Made by a program: the position numbers and the translations under genes
The notes under the pieces: model-generated
Told to the model about the DNA's origin: nothing
Database searches by the model: none
Seen by the model: the letters and a program-made list of their open reading frames with translations, nothing else
Source: a virus
Length of the DNA stretch: 64,000 nt
Direction: 5' to 3' (one strand)
Virus record (IMG/VR): IMGVR_UViG_3300027788_001769
Coordinates: 1 to 64,000 of that record
Part shown: positions 30,703 through 40,603 of the stretch, piece after piece
Layout of the letters: every line of letters begins with the position of its first letter
Numbering within the stretch: position 1 is the stretch's first letter

Positions 30703-31065
30703 CTAGTAGGTGTTTGTTGTGTTAGGGTTATTTAAGTCCTCATCGGATTTACCATAATAAAAATAATAATCATCAACAGATTGTTTATACTGTTGTAACG
30801 AAGCTACTAAAGGATAAGGAACAGTCAATACTCTACCGTCTTTTATATTCCACTCTAACCCACCAGCGTCTGGGTTACCCTGTAGGATTAGCCAACCAAA
30901 ATATGGAGAACCATAATACTCTTGGCTTATTTTATCCAATCTAGATTTGCCCACCTTATAAATAACTTTTTTATCTGATGGTTTTGGGGTTATCCTTATA
31001 AACGGTACGCTTTTTGGTTTACCGTTTATAGTGAATTGTTGGTACCTATTATAGTAATCTGACAT
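30703..31065 (-). CDS. LysM / tail-X-like baseplate protein (gp53-like)
   Basis: YKVGKSRLDKISQEYYGSPYFGWLILQGNP...VLTVP. Confidence 0.75.
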   Translation of the reverse strand: MSDYYNRYQQFTINGKPKSVPFIRITPKPSDKKVIYKVGKSRLDKISQEYYGSPYFGWLILQGNPDAGGLEWNIKDGRVLTVPYPLVASLQQYKQSVDDYYFYYGKSDEDLNNPNTTNTY

Positions 31066-31066
31066 T

Positions 31067-34000
31067 TTATTTAAATTTTAAATTAAAGGTTGTGTTAGTT
31101 TCATTTTCTAATGTGTTAACTCTTCTTATTATTTCTTCATAACTAGCATCTTCTACTTTTACATACGATAATTTTCTTTCTTTATCTGTTTTTACGTCAC
31201 ATATAGTAGTAGCATCACCATTAACTGGTAACCCTTCAACTATATTACTTTGTCCCTCAGGTGCAAATCTTTGTGATACTTGTTGTTTAGCTGTTACCAT
31301 ATTACCTAAGAAATAATCTTCGTTTATAGATATACAATCACCAAATGACTTTATAGTTTCCTCCAACCATGTTGGGTCAGACGAACCAATTTCTAAAGCT
31401 TCCCGGATTCCATCCCATAAAGAACCATTATTATTAATATATGGTTTGTAATTTTGTTTAAAGTATTGTAGGTTGGTTGTCATAACACTATCTGTAATTG
31501 ATTTATCAATAGCGACATGTGAAAAAGCAAACACTGAGGATGCGTCAGCACTTAATCTATTACTTTGTGTTGGGGCTATTTCTATTTGACTTACGAACGG
31601 TAGTACCGTCCCACTAGAAAATGCTACCATCCTACCTGGTTTGGTTAATGTAAATGGTGTCGACAATGACGAGGTGGATGAAGTACACAGACCACCTTGT
31701 TCATAACAAGACACACTTATATCACCATTAAACACAGCGGAATAATACGTCATAACATTAGTTAAATATTCATAATCTAAACCTAACTCAATTAATGTGT
31801 TTGCAGCTTGTGTTGGTTGGTTTGGTGGGGAGGATGATGAATGTACGTCACCACTACTCCCAGATAAACTAAACACCGTAGTTTTACCATCAGTAATATA
31901 ACCATCACACCCTCTACCAATGGCATTCATCCTATTCACGTTATGTATATAATCTAAAGCTTTATTTCTCATACCACTTTCAGTAGATACTAAAACATCA
32001 GCCATTTCTCCTTGTACTTCTTCTGCTTTTTCTTTTAAGAAATTTCTAAGTCTTCTTTTTTGTTTATTACTAGGCCCAGTAGTTTGTTGTTGTTGTTGGA
32101 TGTATGTTAGGTCGTTATCGATATCTTTTATGAATGAATCGAAGAACGTATTTAATTTAGCTTGTGGGTCTAGTGGTATTCCAACAAAATTTGCTGGTAT
32201 TGTGGTATATGTGCCCACACCAGTTGTTTTATAATATTCCCCATTTGCCCAGTCTTTTTCAGTGTATAGTAATTGGACCCACCCATTACCATAATTAGAC
32301 ATTATTTTTTCTACTTGGTTTGTGGTAAATGTCATATACTCATAAGCTGAAGAATTAAAATCATTAAATGTTGTTTTGTATATTATGTTTCCAGACTCTC
32401 CACTTGCTGACACTGTTGGGTTGTCTCTGTCTCCAATTGTTAACCCGTCATTTTCTGACGTATCTAATTCCTCTATTATAGCAGCGTCATCTTCAGGGTT
32501 ACCAGCCCCACTACCTTGTGTTTGACCAATTAAATCTTGGTTTGCGGCTAACCAAGCTTGTTCATCAATATCGTCATCTGTAACAGTTAGGAATGCTCTA
32601 TCATCAAACATCTCTGTATTTGCATAATAATTAAACGAAAGAGCATTTTGTAACCTATTAACCGGTTCTTTCAACCCTTGTCCCCCAATATAGTTAAATG
32701 TAATGTTAACAGATGCTATCATGGGTTGTACACCAATACCTTCTGGATTTAAATCAAATAAATTATCGTCATAAGTAATAGATAGTTGTTGTATAGCTAT
32801 TTTTGTGTGGTAAAAATCACCCACCCTTAATACACAGATTGGTGGTGCTCCAAAAGCTGTGTTTCTTGCGGCGTCTTCAGTAGATAAAATCCCATCCCCT
32901 GTTTTTGTAGGAATGGTAGCACCTGGTCTAACACACTGATTTAGGAATGTTAATCTACTATTTAAACCTTCTGGAGTCATTGAATGAAAAGCTGGGTGAA
33001 AAAACTTGAATTTTTCTTTAAGTGTATCAAATATAAATTCATTTTCTTCTTGTAGTAAATCAAAGTAGTCACACTCGGTAACCATTTTCATTAAAACTTT
33101 ATTAGCTATTTCTCTTCTTGTGTTTTTTTGTCTCTGTTGTTTTATTTTTTCTTCTGGTGGTGTAGGTCTTTCTACCCTACGTGGTGGTTTAGGTGGTTTA
33201 GGTGGTTCAGGGTCTTTAAGTATTTCAACACCAGTAATTCTAACCGCTCTACAGTCTGCAGCACCTGCAGTATACACTGAATTTGGACCTGTCTCTGCGG
33301 TATTACAAAAACTCTCACCTAAAGCTTGTGGACCGGGAAACTGTAATCTTCCATTATCCATATAACTTTTAAAAGCTAATCCCCCATCTAACAGATACGC
33401 TTTAAACATTTTTTCTACCGAATTTAATCTTCTTTTTGATAGGTTATTATTGTAACTAGCTGAAGCTATTGAACTGGCAGACCCTTCCATATTTAATATT
33501 ACAGTGTAAAGTCCGGTGTCTAAAACTTCTTTAAGAGCTTTAGCAAAAGCTGGCCATCTAGTTAGCCACTGATTTTTCGCACCGTCTGAGTCATCAAAGA
33601 AGTTTTGTAAAGCTGATTTAGATTCTTCATTTGGTGCTCTATTAACGTGTTCTGTAACTGAGTTGTCTGTAGCTAAATAACCACCAAATTTAGATTCACT
33701 TCCTGCGGCACACTCAACGTAACTTACCGAAGACGTAGTTTGTGTTGTATTAGGGTCGGGATAGTCATTATCAAAGAAAAAAGACAGTGGTGGTTGTATA
33801 AAAGATTGTAAATCTGGAATATCTGTGGTTGGTACTATCGTTCCCGGTTCACCATCATTAGTCTCAACTAATAGTTCCTGTATGGAATCGTTATCCATAC
33901 CTGGTGTATTAAGCATTTCTTGTATTTGAGTTAGTTCGTTTACTGAGAATTGTTGCCATTTTCTAGCTAAATCATATATATCGTATTTTTTACACCCAGC

Positions 34001-36154
34001 GAAAAAAGAATCAAGAATTTCATCCGTTTCTTTAGGTCCTAATTTTTGTAATTCTTTTCTAACAAGTAAGTTTAAAATACTGGGATGGTCAACTACTATC
34101 TTAAATTTTAAATTACCACTTCTATCTGTGTGGTTATATGTGTATATTGGTTCTGGTCTACCAACAAACTGATTGGATGTCCAATTAGGTTGACTTGCTT
34201 CATCTACAGATAGGTCATAAGGGGGAAACCACATAATCCTACCACCATTTGGTCCTCTTTCACAAGCTGGTAAATCGTTATACGTTAACCCTTTTTGTGT
34301 GCTTGTTCTCCAAGCTAAATTTTCTAAAGAGAACATATATTTTTTAACTTTAGAATCGACTATATTAGTGGACCCTTTTCCACTTTCGTCTGTTCTCCAA
34401 GGAGCAATATTTAAATTATAAGGACTATCTAACACAGAATAAGTTTCAAATCTATGATTCATAGATTTTTTCTGTAGTTTACTATAATTGTAGTAAGGGA
34501 CATCTTTAGTCCATATTCTACAATATTCTCTAGGTTGTTCAATACCTTTAGAATCTACTGGGTCAGAATTAACAAATCTTCTAATTCTAGAACCTTTAGT
34601 TAATTCTTTATACCCATCATTAAACACCTTGCTTACTTGATTCATAGCATGGGAAACCGACTTAAGTCTAGCTCCACCTTTTGGGATGGAATCTATAATT
34701 TGTTGGGTAACGTCCATTATGGAATCCTCTCTAAAGTCATAATTTGTAGACCTTGTATTATCGTAACCACTTGGTGTATCATAAGTAGGGGTGTCATCTG
34801 TTGACCCTTCAAACCCTTGTGTTGTACCAGGTACTTGTGGCCCTGGTGGTTTATCCCCAAACCCTAAGAAATTACCTACTTGTTGTAAGAAACCACCTTT
34901 AGGGGTATCTTCAGTGTACCAAGTAAATCCTCCAGGTACATTTCCTTGGTTGGCATAGGCTAATCCTTTCATACCAAAATTATAATCGTTAGAATCAAAT
35001 TCTTTGGCTACAACATCTGGTCCATATATAGGTACGTAATTTTTACCAGCGTATGTGTTATTTGGTGGACTAACCATGTCAGCTATTCTATTCCTTGGGC
35101 CACCAACATATTCCGGCATGTTTGGTGGTTGATTCCCAAACCCAAGTATTCCACCACCAATAAAATCAATCGCTTCACCTATTGCTGCTCCCACCGCTGT
35201 TTGTGCTTGTGCTCCTTCACCATAATTTGGACCATATTTGTTGTATCTAATATGTTTAAACAATGATGATTTTGTTCCACCAGCAGTGTATTCTAAAAAT
35301 CTTTGTGACGCGGATTGTCTTCTACGTGGTATACCAACTAAACTACCTAATATTCCTGTTATATCAGAAACTATTTTACCCGCGGTAGACAATCCACGAG
35401 CTGGTTCTAATTCAAAATAATCACCAGGAATATAAGAAAATGGTATATAAACACCAGTTAGTCTAGATACAAAATCTAGTCCTTTACCAATTAATCCTTT
35501 TGGTACTGTTATTGTGTTGTCTCTTTCTATTAGAGATTCTCTACCAGTAACAATATCTAAAGCCATAAATGGGTCTTTCATAGCATCAACAAAATTAAGT
35601 CTTCCTACTGTCTCTTGGTATAGTTCAAAAGCAATCCTAGTTTCAAACTCTTTTCTAAGTTGTTGTGCACCATATTGTTGTAGTAAACTATCATCTAAAA
35701 CCTTACCAGACAGTAAACCGGATGAATCTACACTACTTAATATTTGTAATGGAGAATAATATTGGGCAACAGTCATAAATGGATTAGCTCCAAATAGACC
35801 AGCTCCAGTTTCAGGTGGTGAAAATGATGGGTAATACCCTTCGTTTACTCTTGCTATATTTTGAGAGGCTGTATATATTTGTACCCAATTTTGGTATCCA
35901 CCTGGGGGACCGTAAATATTTGCTAGATAGGATTTGTCAATAAAAAATTCACCAGCTAAGTCTACGGATGGTTGGTCAACAACCGACATATCTCTAGTAC
36001 CTTCCAAGAAATAAGTACCAGGTGTTACAGAAGATATTATACCAGCAGAACCCGCTGGGTCTTCTAGATTTTTAACCATCATTTGTTGTCTTAGGTATTC
36101 TGTTCCGTTAAAACTAAGTAAATTTAGTGGTGTATTTTGTGGTATTATTGCCAT
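31067..36154 (-). CDS. Large tail/baseplate protein: tube-initiator-like segments interrupted by an OmpA-like domain
   Basis: NWTSNQFVGRPEPIYTYNHTDRSGNLKFKI and PPICVLRVGDFY...QPMIASVNITF flank the OmpA-like FFFDND...GSAS...YNNNLSKRRLNSV...ALGE...CRAVRI. Confidence 0.65.
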   Translation of the reverse strand: MAIIPQNTPLNLLSFNGTEYLRQQMMVKNLEDPAGSAGIISSVTPGTYFLEGTRDMSVVDQPSVDLAGEFFIDKSYLANIYGPPGGYQNWVQIYTASQNIARVNEGYYPSFSPPETGAGLFGANPFMTVAQYYSPLQILSSVDSSGLLSGKVLDDSLLQQYGAQQLRKEFETRIAFELYQETVGRLNFVDAMKDPFMALDIVTGRESLIERDNTITVPKGLIGKGLDFVSRLTGVYIPFSYIPGDYFELEPARGLSTAGKIVSDITGILGSLVGIPRRRQSASQRFLEYTAGGTKSSLFKHIRYNKYGPNYGEGAQAQTAVGAAIGEAIDFIGGGILGFGNQPPNMPEYVGGPRNRIADMVSPPNNTYAGKNYVPIYGPDVVAKEFDSNDYNFGMKGLAYANQGNVPGGFTWYTEDTPKGGFLQQVGNFLGFGDKPPGPQVPGTTQGFEGSTDDTPTYDTPSGYDNTRSTNYDFREDSIMDVTQQIIDSIPKGGARLKSVSHAMNQVSKVFNDGYKELTKGSRIRRFVNSDPVDSKGIEQPREYCRIWTKDVPYYNYSKLQKKSMNHRFETYSVLDSPYNLNIAPWRTDESGKGSTNIVDSKVKKYMFSLENLAWRTSTQKGLTYNDLPACERGPNGGRIMWFPPYDLSVDEASQPNWTSNQFVGRPEPIYTYNHTDRSGNLKFKIVVDHPSILNLLVRKELQKLGPKETDEILDSFFAGCKKYDIYDLARKWQQFSVNELTQIQEMLNTPGMDNDSIQELLVETNDGEPGTIVPTTDIPDLQSFIQPPLSFFFDNDYPDPNTTQTTSSVSYVECAAGSESKFGGYLATDNSVTEHVNRAPNEESKSALQNFFDDSDGAKNQWLTRWPAFAKALKEVLDTGLYTVILNMEGSASSIASASYNNNLSKRRLNSVEKMFKAYLLDGGLAFKSYMDNGRLQFPGPQALGESFCNTAETGPNSVYTAGAADCRAVRITGVEILKDPEPPKPPKPPRRVERPTPPEEKIKQQRQKNTRREIANKVLMKMVTECDYFDLLQEENEFIFDTLKEKFKFFHPAFHSMTPEGLNSRLTFLNQCVRPGATIPTKTGDGILSTEDAARNTAFGAPPICVLRVGDFYHTKIAIQQLSITYDDNLFDLNPEGIGVQPMIASVNITFNYIGGQGLKEPVNRLQNALSFNYYANTEMFDDRAFLTVTDDDIDEQAWLAANQDLIGQTQGSGAGNPEDDAAIIEELDTSENDGLTIGDRDNPTVSASGESGNIIYKTTFNDFNSSAYEYMTFTTNQVEKIMSNYGNGWVQLLYTEKDWANGEYYKTTGVGTYTTIPANFVGIPLDPQAKLNTFFDSFIKDIDNDLTYIQQQQQTTGPSNKQKRRLRNFLKEKAEEVQGEMADVLVSTESGMRNKALDYIHNVNRMNAIGRGCDGYITDGKTTVFSLSGSSGDVHSSSSPPNQPTQAANTLIELGLDYEYLTNVMTYYSAVFNGDISVSCYEQGGLCTSSTSSLSTPFTLTKPGRMVAFSSGTVLPFVSQIEIAPTQSNRLSADASSVFAFSHVAIDKSITDSVMTTNLQYFKQNYKPYINNNGSLWDGIREALEIGSSDPTWLEETIKSFGDCISINEDYFLGNMVTAKQQVSQRFAPEGQSNIVEGLPVNGDATTICDVKTDKERKLSYVKVEDASYEEIIRRVNTLENETNTTFNLKFK

Positions 36155-36166
36155 TTATCTTCTTTT

Positions 36167-38212
36167 TTAATTTAAAACATATCCCTTGCCCAACTCAACA
36201 AAGTCAGGTTTACCTGTCATCGAAACTTGTTGGAATCTTGATTTTAGGATTTGTATGTATTGGTCATTGTTTAATATTTTCATAGGGTCTAAATTACCTA
36301 AGTTTTTACCATCTAAAACAATTTTTATTGTACCACTAGTTTCTTGTTTAACATTAATGTTATCCATACCACTAACCACATTACCTCCATTTACATTAGT
36401 TTGTTCAAAAGAAGTGCTGTAGTCACCACCAGCGATTGTACTAGCTAAATCTCCAGCCCCCAAATTAGTTTGACCAACTTTACCCATATCCACAGCAAAA
36501 ACTGTGTCATCATTAGATACCGTAGCTACACCTTGATTGGATAGTATAGAGGCGGGTCCTTCGGTAGCATAATCATTAACCGAAAAATGTCCAGCAAATT
36601 TTTCTATTCCAGTATTAAAATATAATAACCCTCTGTTAGCCATTTCATCAAAAGTACTTTGTTTTCCAAAATAAGGTTCTAGGTTTTCTTGTTCACCAGG
36701 ACTACCCATAACAACGTTACTTAGACCACTTACAATTCCTTGGGATAATTTATCAGTTAAAAGTTGTACTGTTTCTGTATCTATAGTTACGGCCGCTCCA
36801 GCCATACTTTCATTTAGGTCAGCAAACGGGAAATTTTTAATTAAGGAGGCCTCCAACGCTTTTCCTGGTGTTTCCATTGTTCCCGCTATAACCTCAAGAG
36901 CGTTTAGTTGTTGAATCATCAGTTCTCTTTCGTCCATACCAGCAAACTTATCATCTTGCATTTTCTGGTCTTCCATTTGTTTTCTTAAAGCTTCAACTTG
37001 TTCTACCCCTAAGTCTTGTAACTTAACCATTTTATCATCAACAGCAATTTCGAACTGTCCACCTTCACCCATAGTAGCCATACCTTCTACAAAACTTTGT
37101 AATTCAGCAGCATCATCAGACTGTAAAAAGTCTAAACTAAACTGATTCTGCATCATATCAAACTTATGTTGTTGTTCCATCATTCTAACAAACTCCTCTC
37201 TAGTCATATCTAACTCAGACGCTAAAGCTCCTATTTGTCTTATTGATGTTGGTGGTATTTCTAATCTGTTGGTTTCTTCATTAAACACAGCTAAATCTCT
37301 ACCTGCTCCAACTAAACTTTTTTGTAGACCTTCTAAGTCATTAGTGGCCATATACATTAACTTAAATGGGTCAGCTAGGTCACCAGCAGCACCACCTAAA
37401 ACTTGTAGGTTAGCAGCTAATTCTATAGCACCTTCTGGACTCATAACTTTTTCAGCTAGATTTACGACTTTACCCATGTCCAACCCTAATTTCTGAGCTT
37501 GTGCTGCCATTCTAGCAAACCCTTTAACACCATCCGCAAAGTTATAACTGTTAAGGGTATCCATTCTACCAGCGATATCACCCATGAATTTGTCAACATT
37601 AATACCTTGCATTCTGGCTACTTCAGCCATTTCCATGGTCTTATCTACGGCATCACCCATGGATAGTCCCATTTGTTCAAACCCTTTAACTACTTCAGCA
37701 GACTCTTGTGCTGTCATATTTAAAGAAACTGACATAAGTGTTAATCTTTCTAGGTCTTCACTACTAATAGATAGATTTTTACCTACTTCATCACTTATTT
37801 CCGCTAGGGTTTCGAATGTTCTTGTGGTGTCAATTCCAAATTTATGAAGTTGTACAGCTGCGTCTAATACACTAGCTGATGTTTGTTGTTGTAAACTACC
37901 TACCTGACCAAGTTGTGTAACTACTTGTTTTCTTAGTGTTAATTCTTGGTCTATTAAGCTATTAATTTGTTCTCTAGCGACCACCCCAGCTTCGTCTGTT
38001 TTACCTATTTGGGTCATCAAACCTAAGTTCTCAACCTGTTTACTGACTGTCTGTGATATTAGCCCTAAATAATCTTTAGCTCCTGTTGTGTCTGGTTTGG
38101 GTGTGTTAACGTTACTGGATTTGTTTTGACTTGTAATTTTAGCTCGACTATTAGCGTCAATATTCATCCACTCACTTTTACTTAAACCGTAATTATCCCA
38201 TATCTGTGCCAT
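36167..38212 (-). CDS. Tape measure-like protein
   Basis: Helical, Ala/Gln/Met-rich; located downstream of the tube and chaperone-like genes and upstream of the hub genes. Confidence 0.7.
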   Translation of the reverse strand: MAQIWDNYGLSKSEWMNIDANSRAKITSQNKSSNVNTPKPDTTGAKDYLGLISQTVSKQVENLGLMTQIGKTDEAGVVAREQINSLIDQELTLRKQVVTQLGQVGSLQQQTSASVLDAAVQLHKFGIDTTRTFETLAEISDEVGKNLSISSEDLERLTLMSVSLNMTAQESAEVVKGFEQMGLSMGDAVDKTMEMAEVARMQGINVDKFMGDIAGRMDTLNSYNFADGVKGFARMAAQAQKLGLDMGKVVNLAEKVMSPEGAIELAANLQVLGGAAGDLADPFKLMYMATNDLEGLQKSLVGAGRDLAVFNEETNRLEIPPTSIRQIGALASELDMTREEFVRMMEQQHKFDMMQNQFSLDFLQSDDAAELQSFVEGMATMGEGGQFEIAVDDKMVKLQDLGVEQVEALRKQMEDQKMQDDKFAGMDERELMIQQLNALEVIAGTMETPGKALEASLIKNFPFADLNESMAGAAVTIDTETVQLLTDKLSQGIVSGLSNVVMGSPGEQENLEPYFGKQSTFDEMANRGLLYFNTGIEKFAGHFSVNDYATEGPASILSNQGVATVSNDDTVFAVDMGKVGQTNLGAGDLASTIAGGDYSTSFEQTNVNGGNVVSGMDNINVKQETSGTIKIVLDGKNLGNLDPMKILNNDQYIQILKSRFQQVSMTGKPDFVELGKGYVLN

Positions 38213-38228
38213 AGCATTGTTTTATAGT

Positions 38229-38236
38229 TATAAATA
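38229..38236 (-). promoter_or_regulatory. TATTTATA box (putative late promoter)
   Basis: 16 nt upstream of the tape measure start. Confidence 0.6.
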
Positions 38237-38251
38237 GTGGGGTTTAAATTT

Positions 38252-38460
38252 CTAACGCGATTTGTTTTGGGCTTTGTTTTTTGCCTGTTCCCTAGCTTCG
38301 TTCCTTTTTTCAAACTCACCGATTAACTTTCCTAAATAATAACGTCTTTCAAAAATTGGCATGTTATATACCGATTCATGCGAAAAATTACCGTATTTTA
38401 CGAGGTAATAGACCTCATCAAGCACAGCTTGCCTATACTCCGAAGAAAGGACGAAAAAAC
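38252..38460 (-). CDS. Tail assembly chaperone-like frameshift extension (probably translated as a fusion with 38433..39197)
   Basis: No convincing start codon; LSSEYRQAVLDEVYYLVKYGNFSHESVYNMPIFERRYYL resembles GT-type chaperone extensions; overlaps the upstream ORF in the +1 frame. Confidence 0.6.
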
Positions 38461-39197
38461 TCCGCCCCAAATGCCACACGGGATGTGACCTTTTCTCCTG
38501 ACGGGGCTGTTGTTGAAATTGTTAAATCGAGACCTGGTTTATTACCAGTTATGAATTTTCTAAGTGATTGTGAATCTTTAATTGGCATGGCTTGAATCCA
38601 TATGGATAGTTGTTCTGGACTTCGTTCACCGTCAATCTCTTTTATTAACAGTTCTAATCTCTTAGTTACTGCGGGTACCACTTGTGACCCTTTGTATTGG
38701 TCTTGTAGTGTTTCTAAAACTTTTTCTTCATCGGCACTTAAGAATTTAAATTTAGCTCTTTTTTGGGATACTGGGAATATGTACTCAAATTCCCCCTTCT
38801 CATCAGGTTTTAAATCAAATTCTTTAAAAGATACAGCTCCTAAGTCAACAACATAATCAAAAGATTCTTGTGTTTTAGGGTCAACTAACTTTAGATTGTA
38901 ATCACTACCATAAGCCGTATTTCTTAAAAATATTAAAATAGCTTCTTTGTCACAATCTAATAAGTCTTCTACTTTAATGTCAGACGCTACTAATTTTCTA
39001 CGTAGTAATTCGTTTATTAAATTTCCTTCTTTAACTAAATTTTGTGAAGTTAGTACATTTTCATCAGATGCTGTTAAATAGGTTACCTTTACTGAACTAA
39101 TCTTGTTTTTGTAAAATATACCTTTAGAAGGTAAGGTAACCACATCATAAGGAACATTGATTTCGTGTTGTGGTTGATATGTTTGTGTTGGGTCCAT
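38433..39197 (-). CDS. Baseplate hub assembly protein / tail chaperone (T4 gp26-like)
   Basis: VVTLPSKGIFY, YLTASDENVL, DLLDCDKEAILIFLRNTAYGSDY; ends EFFRPFFGV. Confidence 0.75.
   Translation of the reverse strand: MDPTQTYQPQHEINVPYDVVTLPSKGIFYKNKISSVKVTYLTASDENVLTSQNLVKEGNLINELLRRKLVASDIKVEDLLDCDKEAILIFLRNTAYGSDYNLKLVDPKTQESFDYVVDLGAVSFKEFDLKPDEKGEFEYIFPVSQKRAKFKFLSADEEKVLETLQDQYKGSQVVPAVTKRLELLIKEIDGERSPEQLSIWIQAMPIKDSQSLRKFITGNKPGLDLTISTTAPSGEKVTSRVAFGAEFFRPFFGV
38450..38460 (-). other. Candidate programmed ribosomal frameshift site G_TTT_TTT_CGT_C
   Basis: In-frame Phe-Phe-Arg codons inside the overlap of the two ORFs; a +1 or -2 slip joins them. Confidence 0.6.
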
Positions 39198-39269
39198 AAT
39201 ATTTTTTCTTGTGAAAAACTTAAAGTTATTTTAATTAAAGTAAACTACTTCTTTATATTAAATATGAAT

Positions 39270-39301
39270 AAAAAAAAATCCATACCTATAAGATATGGAT
39301 T
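39270..39301 (-). terminator. Rho-independent terminator after the tail tube gene
   Basis: Stem AATCCATA / TATGGATT with a 9-nt loop, followed by a T-run on the - strand. Confidence 0.65.
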
Positions 39302-39323
39302 AATTAATTTTTTGTAAACTATA

Positions 39324-39812
39324 TTAGTAAACCAATATACATCTGTCTGGTCTTAAAGTAGCTGATATATTAGCTAACCCCTCATCACTATATGATAGGT
39401 CGTTGAAGTTTACGTCGGTTAAGAATGTCCCTTGTAAAATCCACTTTTCCACTACAACCCCAGTAGGGTCTAGCATTTCCAAGTCAATGTCTTTTTTATA
39501 TCCAGCAGCGTACCCCATTCTACCTGTTACTGATTCTGCGTGTAGTCTAGTCCACTCCATTAACGCTTGTGCAGCTGAAGGCCCTATCGGGTCCCTGAAG
39601 GTTACGTTTATTGTGTTCCAAACAAATCTACCAGCAACGTACGTTGAGGTGTTTAAAAAAGGAATCTCTACGGACCCTATTGATATGTTCGGTCTTGATG
39701 TACTTTCCACATACCACTCATTAATACCCAAAGAAGAAGGGAATCTTAAAATAAACCGATTTTTCTTTTTCGGTTCATAGGGTATGGGCATTTTCATTAA
39801 TAAATCAGCCAT
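39324..39812 (-). CDS. Tail tube protein (T4 gp19-like)
   Basis: YEPKKKNRFIL, YVAGRFVWNTINVTFRDPI, LDPTGVVVEKWILQGTF, ISATLRPD. Confidence 0.88.
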   Translation of the reverse strand: MADLLMKMPIPYEPKKKNRFILRFPSSLGINEWYVESTSRPNISIGSVEIPFLNTSTYVAGRFVWNTINVTFRDPIGPSAAQALMEWTRLHAESVTGRMGYAAGYKKDIDLEMLDPTGVVVEKWILQGTFLTDVNFNDLSYSDEGLANISATLRPDRCILVY

Positions 39813-39949
39813 GTCTTATTTTTTTGTTTTAAAGTCTTTATTTACTAATAAATATACAGTTTGTTAAAAATAGTTAGGTTTTAAACCTTTACTTGCAAAA
39901 TATATATTATAGTGTTATATGCATAAATAAATATATGCTTTTTAATTAT

Positions 39950-40600
39950 TTAATATAAAGCATGCTTTATAAAAAGCTTGCTATTTAATTCTTTAGGCAA
40001 TCTAGCTTTAAGCTTCCTCATTTCTTTAATGTTCTTTATATCGTCATCTATAAACAATATTTCATTATAGACGTGTAACAAGGATTCCATCACCTCCGCT
40101 TTTTTCTCGTAGTCAGTAACCCCTTTTAACCCCTTTACTCTTTTAGAGTCATTTATAGCGTATACGTTTTCTCTAGTCAATTTATCACCAATAGGTATTA
40201 ACTCACCTTCTTTATTTTTATACATCAACCAATCTTTTAACCCTTTAAATACTACATCCTCTGAAGACCTTGCTGTTAATATTCCTAACTGGTAACCCCT
40301 AGATAACAAGTCATCCATAATCTCTAGATTAGATACTATAGGTTCTGCTTGGGATATTGACCTTTTTATTTTTATCGGGTCTAAAAAGTCTCTATAGTCG
40401 TAATAGTTCTTATTTTCCTCTGTAACATCTTCATGAGCATAGTCTGATGGTGTTAATTTAACTTCACTACTATCTGTAGGTAAATTTCTATATATGTAAA
40501 TTTGTGAGGGTTTTAAAATAGTATCGTCAACATCTAATAATATTAATCTATTTTGATTAACACTTTCACTAATAATATTTTTTTTAACTATGTAAGGCAT
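39950..40600 (-). CDS. HAD-superfamily phosphatase
   Basis: Motif I DVDDT, motif II LTAR, motif III Lys, motif IV FIDDDIKN. Confidence 0.8.
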   Translation of the reverse strand: MPYIVKKNIISESVNQNRLILLDVDDTILKPSQIYIYRNLPTDSSEVKLTPSDYAHEDVTEENKNYYDYRDFLDPIKIKRSISQAEPIVSNLEIMDDLLSRGYQLGILTARSSEDVVFKGLKDWLMYKNKEGELIPIGDKLTRENVYAINDSKRVKGLKGVTDYEKKAEVMESLLHVYNEILFIDDDIKNIKEMRKLKARLPKELNSKLFIKHALY

Positions 40601-40603
40601 GTT

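Noticed and set aside
39813-39949. Possible tRNA or ncRNA in intergenic gaps (also 13183-13258, 44821-44971, 49729-49863)
   Set aside because: The gaps are short and extremely AT-rich, with no cloverleaf or T-loop motif, and are explained by promoter and terminator elements.
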